From NCBI RefSeq assembly GCF_963921235.1, contig NC_086097.1, forward strand, positions 208,818,001 to 208,882,000: DNA of 64,000 nt. Reading direction: 5' to 3'. Origin of the DNA: Mobula hypostoma. Its lineage: Eukaryota. The notes under the pieces are model-generated. The model was given only the letters and a program-made list of their open reading frames with translations. It ran no database searches and had not been told where the DNA came from. The position numbers were made by a program, and so were the translations under genes. Shown here piece after piece: positions 62,756-64,000 of the stretch (its first letter is position 1; every line of letters starts with the position of its first letter).

Positions 62756-63419
62756 GCGTGGTCAGGAAGCAGGACAGAAGAAGAAACAGAGTTAATGTTT
62801 CAAGTCCAAAAACAGCCAGGGTTTCCAGAATTTTCTGTTTATATTTCATCATCTCTTTTGTTTAATGGGTTAATTATTATTCTTTCCACGATACAGGTAA
62901 CGAGAACTAGGGCTGGAGTTCCAAACCTTGAAGTTTTGACATTCCTTCTTTGGATGATTTCTTAATCTATCTTTCCAAACAGAATCACATTACTGTGATT
63001 CCTTTTCATTTTGTTACCCATTGACAGTACAATGCTTGCTTTGCAGTTACTCATCTTTCTGTATTATTTATTTTAGCTTATTATCAAATTTATTTATAAC
63101 ATTTACTCATTTTCTATTGTTGCTTCGGCATGTTCTCACTTGCCCGGATAGTTTTTATGATGGACTTACCATGTATAACAGTGTCAGTTCCAATACTGTG
63201 CCACAAAAAAATTGTTAACTGTTTTTATGCCTCATCTGCATGGGTTGTAGGTTTTCAGTATTCAAAAGGACAGACGACGTAGAAGCAGAGTTGGACCAGT
63301 TAGACTAAAAGATCAGCAATGACCTTATTCAATAAGATCAGGGCTGATCTTTTAATTCAGCAGTTTTAACCCCAAATCATTTGAGTTACTGAAGACCTAA
63401 AACTCTATTGTTAAGTATT

Positions 63420-64000
63420 AAGTCTTAGTGCGCATGCGCTGGTCATGCACGCAGCCTGGTACAGCCGTTCCGATCTATTCTTACTTTCTTCTTCTTACTT
63501 TTTAATTTACGTTATTTTTTGTATTTTTTTTTCTCACAGTAACACGTCGAAGCTGCACCCTCTCTAACATGCTGGTAGAGAGAGTTTTATTTGGGTTTTC
63601 TTTAGTGCTGGAAATGGTTACATCCCGACACGCGGGACAGAAGCAAGGTCGCATTGTGTATTCCACGGAACAGCAAAGACCGGCCGGTTTAGCGAACAGA
63701 GCGGCGGATACCCCTGCTGAAATCCGGAGGAAAACACACAGAGGATGCAGAGGAGGATCACAAAGCCGAGGAAAGAGGACCGGGTCGAGACAACAGAGAC
63801 TTTTGGAGAAGAGGAGTTTGGTGGGTAATACCGTTCCGGCTGACCGTAAGTGCACTGAGAGCGGTAAGTGTAAAGGAGTTGGGTGCTTACTGATCTGGTT
63901 AACAACGGATGGTGCAATCTGGGGCATGTTACGATCGAGGAACGTGTTTGCAGACTGGATATTGAACTTTTTACTGTTGGACTTCGGCCACATTCCACCG
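63420..64000 (+). mobile_element. 5' end of a Rex1/Babar-type LINE (5' UTR, basic N-terminus, APE endonuclease start), runs off window
   Basis: From the ATG near 63614: IVYSTEQ..EIRRKTHRGCRGG..TVPADRKCTESGKCKG, then frameshifted LVNNGWCNLGHVTIEERVCRLDIELFTVGLRP. Confidence 0.75.

Noticed and set aside
63420..64000. CpG-rich segment with NRF1-like TGCGCATGCGC and GTAAGT sites, suggesting a host promoter or first exon; minus ORFs 63502-63993 and 63618-63998
   Set aside because: The plus strand translates to Rex1/Babar N-terminal and APE endonuclease motifs, so it is a LINE 5' end and the minus ORFs are shadows.

Overview
Eukaryotic, transposon-dense vertebrate genomic DNA with no convincing host protein-coding exon. 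The repeat mix (CR1 LINEs with an esterase ORF1, V-SINE/HE1-like and DeuSINE-like remnants, Neptune-type Penelope-like elements, Rex1/Babar fragments) suggests a cartilaginous fish such as a ray or shark; this is inference. Main contents: (1) a 5'-truncated Penelope-like element (PLE, 33150-36415) with an open RT + GIY-YIG ORF and a minimal hammerhead ribozyme (HHR) in its 3' end, plus several shorter HHR-bearing PLE ends, some with target-site duplications (TSDs) and some folded back into palindromes; (2) a complete but decayed CsRn1-like Ty3/Gypsy provirus (12311-16636, minus) with both LTRs, AGAT TSD, tRNA-Trp primer site, CHCC gag knuckle and a -1 frameshift signal; (3) four large CR1 copies, two further decayed Gypsy elements, and R4-, RTE- and Rex1-clade fragments; (4) two copies of a ~650-bp non-coding retroposon, a mariner-type MITE and a deleted PIF/Harbinger element. 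All family assignments come from reading motifs by eye, not database searches, and boundaries of old fragments are approximate.
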